This document shows positions 61,468 to 64,000 of a DNA stretch of 64,000 bases, in pieces. The stretch lies in assembly GCA_001662655.1 (NCBI GenBank), contig KV460249.1. One strand, given 5' to 3'. Position numbers and translations under genes: made by a program. The stretch is from Pseudogymnoascus verrucosus (lineage: Eukaryota). Below the pieces are notes generated by a model that was not told the DNA's origin, did not search any database, and was given only the letters and a program-made list of their open reading frames with translations. How positions within the stretch are numbered: the stretch's first letter is position 1; every line of letters starts with the position of its first letter.

Positions 61468-63667
61468 ATGCCAACCACCACCATGGCCACCGCGCCGGCC
61501 TCGCCTCCCCCCTCCACCTCAACAAACAACGGAACCCCCTTCCCCTCGCCGCCCACCCACGACAGCTGCAACGACAGCTACGAGAAGCACTCGCACGACG
61601 ACGACGACGACACCCTCACGCGCATGCGCATGGCGAGCTCGAACAAGATCGCCGGGCGCGCCATTGCGCCTTTCCTCGCAAGGCATATCCCCGCGGCCTA
61701 TGCGCCTACGGGGACGGCGAGGGAGGGCGTGGAGAGGGAGAAGGATCCGAGTACCAAGTTTTGCTATAGGCATCGGCCGGATTTGAAGTGTAGGCGGACG
61801 GCGGATGAGCCGTCGATGGATCATTTGCAGAGGGTGAGTTTTTCTTGCGGTTATCCTCGGGGGAATTGGGGGGGAGAGAATTTTAGATACGAATGGAATG
61901 GCTGACTTGTGACGATAACAGGAACTCGAGAGCTTGTCGCAGGCCGACCAGCAAGGCATATCACACGTCTGGTCGCTCTTCTCCGCGGCCCCCGCAAAAC
62001 ACCGAAACCTCATGCTCCAAGGCATCCTCACCCAATGCTGCTTCCCGCAGCTCTCCTACCTCTCCACCGCCGTCCGCGACCTCATCCGCATCGACTTCAT
62101 CACCGCGCTCCCCTCCGAAATCTCCTTCAAAATCCTGTGCTACCTCGACACCACCTCCCTCTGCAAAGCAGCACAGGTCAACCAGCGCTGGCGCAGCCTA
62201 GCGGATGACGATGTCGTCTGGCATAAGATGTGTGAGCAGCATATCGATCGCAAGTGCGTGAAGTGCGGGTGGGGACTCCCCTTGCTCGAGAGGAAGAGGT
62301 TGAGGGATTGGAAGAGGCAGCAGCAGCTGCGCGCGACGGGGAGGGGACTGAATGAGTGGTCCCCGCAACTCACGCCGCAGCCTGAGGCGGGGGATGGGGC
62401 GGCGATACCGAGGCTGGAGTTGGTCGCCGCGGTGGATCAGAATGGGAGGAAGCGCTCGGCTTCTTCGTCGCTGTCGGAAGATGGAAATGCCTCGCCTACT
62501 CAGATTAAGAAACTCCGCACGCTCGAACCCGTAGCTAATGGCGCGGTTGTATCGCGTACTAGCACACCCCGCTTCAGGCCGTGGAAGGAGGTATACAAAG
62601 ACCGCTTTAAGGTCGGGACAAATTGGAAGTACGGGCGGTGTACAACCAAGGTGTTTAGGGGGCACACGAACGGCGTTATGTGTCTCCAGTTCGACGACTC
62701 TATCCTCGCGACAGGGTCATACGATACTACCATCAAGATCTGGGATATCGATACCGGCAAGGAACTCCGCACCCTCCGCGGCCACACCTCAGGGATCAGG
62801 TCTCTGCAATTCGACGACACGAAACTTATTAGTGGCTCCCTAGATCGCACGCTCAAGGTATGGAATTGGCGCACGGGAGAGTGCATGTCCACCTACCAGG
62901 GCCACACGGGTGGCATAATGTCCCTCCACTTCGACGGCAACCTCCTCGCCAGCGGCTCCGTCGATAAATCAGTCAAGATCTGGAATTTCTCAGATAAATC
63001 CACATTCTCCCTCAAGGGCCACCGCGACTGGGTCAACGCAGTGAAAGTCGATTCCGCATCCCGCACCGTCTTTTCCGCTTCAGACGACTGCAGTATCAAA
63101 CTATGGGACCTCGATTCCAAAGTCTGCATCAAGACTTTTGAAGGGCATGTTGGACAGGTCCAGCAGGTTTTACCGCTGCCGGCGGATTATGAACCGGAGC
63201 TTGATGATACCACCCCCCCGACGGCAGATGACGCATCTTCCAACGCCTCATCAGCTGAACTTCCCAACCCCTCCGACCTCCGCTCCACCTTCGGCCCCGC
63301 CTTCACCGCCGGCTGCGCCACGAACCGCCCCCTGCCACCACGGTACATGTTAACCGGCGCGCTGGACTCCACCGTCCGCCTCTGGGACGTCTACACGGGC
63401 CGCTGTCTTAAAACATTCTTCGGCCACGTCGAGGGGGTTTGGGCGCTGGCGGGGGATACACTTAGAGTTGTGTCAGGGGCGGAGGATCGCATGGTGAAAG
63501 TGTGGGATGCGAGGACGGGGAGGTGCGAGAGGACGTTTATGGGACATGCGGGGCCGGTTACGTGTATTGGCTTGAGTGATAGTAGGATTTGTACGGGGAG
63601 TGAGGATTGTGAGGTTAGGTTGCAGAGTTTTAAGGGGGATTTGGGGGAGGGGGAGGGGGGGGTGTAG
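61468..63667 (+). CDS. MET30: F-box/WD40 sulfur controller (Met30/SCON-2/SconB); intron 61834-61921
   Basis: [40 protein letters not shown]-box [37 protein letters not shown] and WD40 repeats. Confidence 0.96.
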
Positions 63668-64000
63668 GTGGAGCGTTTGGGGGGGGGGGGAAGGGTGGTT
63701 GATGTTTTGTTTTGAGCGGGATGCTTTGTTCTGGGGGAGGATGGAAGGATACCACGGCATTGAATCGGATGATTTGGATTGGAATCGAGGCTCAACGACA
63801 GCCCCACGGCTGGATAATCAAATGGCGTTATTTAGGGTTTACGTATGGGCGGCGGCGGCGGCGGGATGGCTTTGCGATTTGCTCATCTTAGCGGCTTCTT
63901 TATATTTTTGTTATATGGGGCCAGTAGGGGAAAACGGCGGATACCCTGGAAAATGGGAGTAAAAAGGGGGGAGGGCGGGGGAGATTAGATTCAGTCATGT

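Overview
Gene-dense euchromatin from a filamentous ascomycete. It has short GT-AG introns with CTAAC/CTGAC branch points, RIP-like AT-rich relics and an intron-containing tRNA. Gene style suggests a Leotiomycete such as Pseudogymnoascus, which is an inference only. I can support 26 protein-coding loci, mostly housekeeping: an APC amino acid/choline permease with an apparent frameshift, AKR1, SRP102, TTI1, eIF5, THI6, an isochorismatase-like hydrolase, a retropepsin-like protein, a CLC transporter, CEM1, an NFKBIL1-like protein, NSRP1/CCDC55, a ZIP transporter, NUC1, PEX8, TMEM170, a sugar O-acetyltransferase, STE14, an L-type lectin, TIM13, PFS2, DGAT1, an ENT, a Sec7-PH GEF, ECM14 and MET30/SCON-2. 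There is also a tRNA-Pro(TGG) and the end of a Fot1/pogo transposon at the left edge. The most unusual unexplained element is a ~0.93 kb non-coding array at 50.5-51.5 kb. It has six degenerate units, each with a small hairpin, then an inverted repeat around a fixed-length but sequence-variable core, then further hairpins whose pairing is kept while the sequence changes. Other leads are poor-context uORFs in the eIF5 leader, an Asp-to-Cys retropepsin-like domain, a candidate structured RNA downstream of PEX8, uORFs and sulfur-type motifs upstream of MET30, and a strong block-wise C/G skew oscillation inside genes. Exon boundaries were read by eye and no searches were run.
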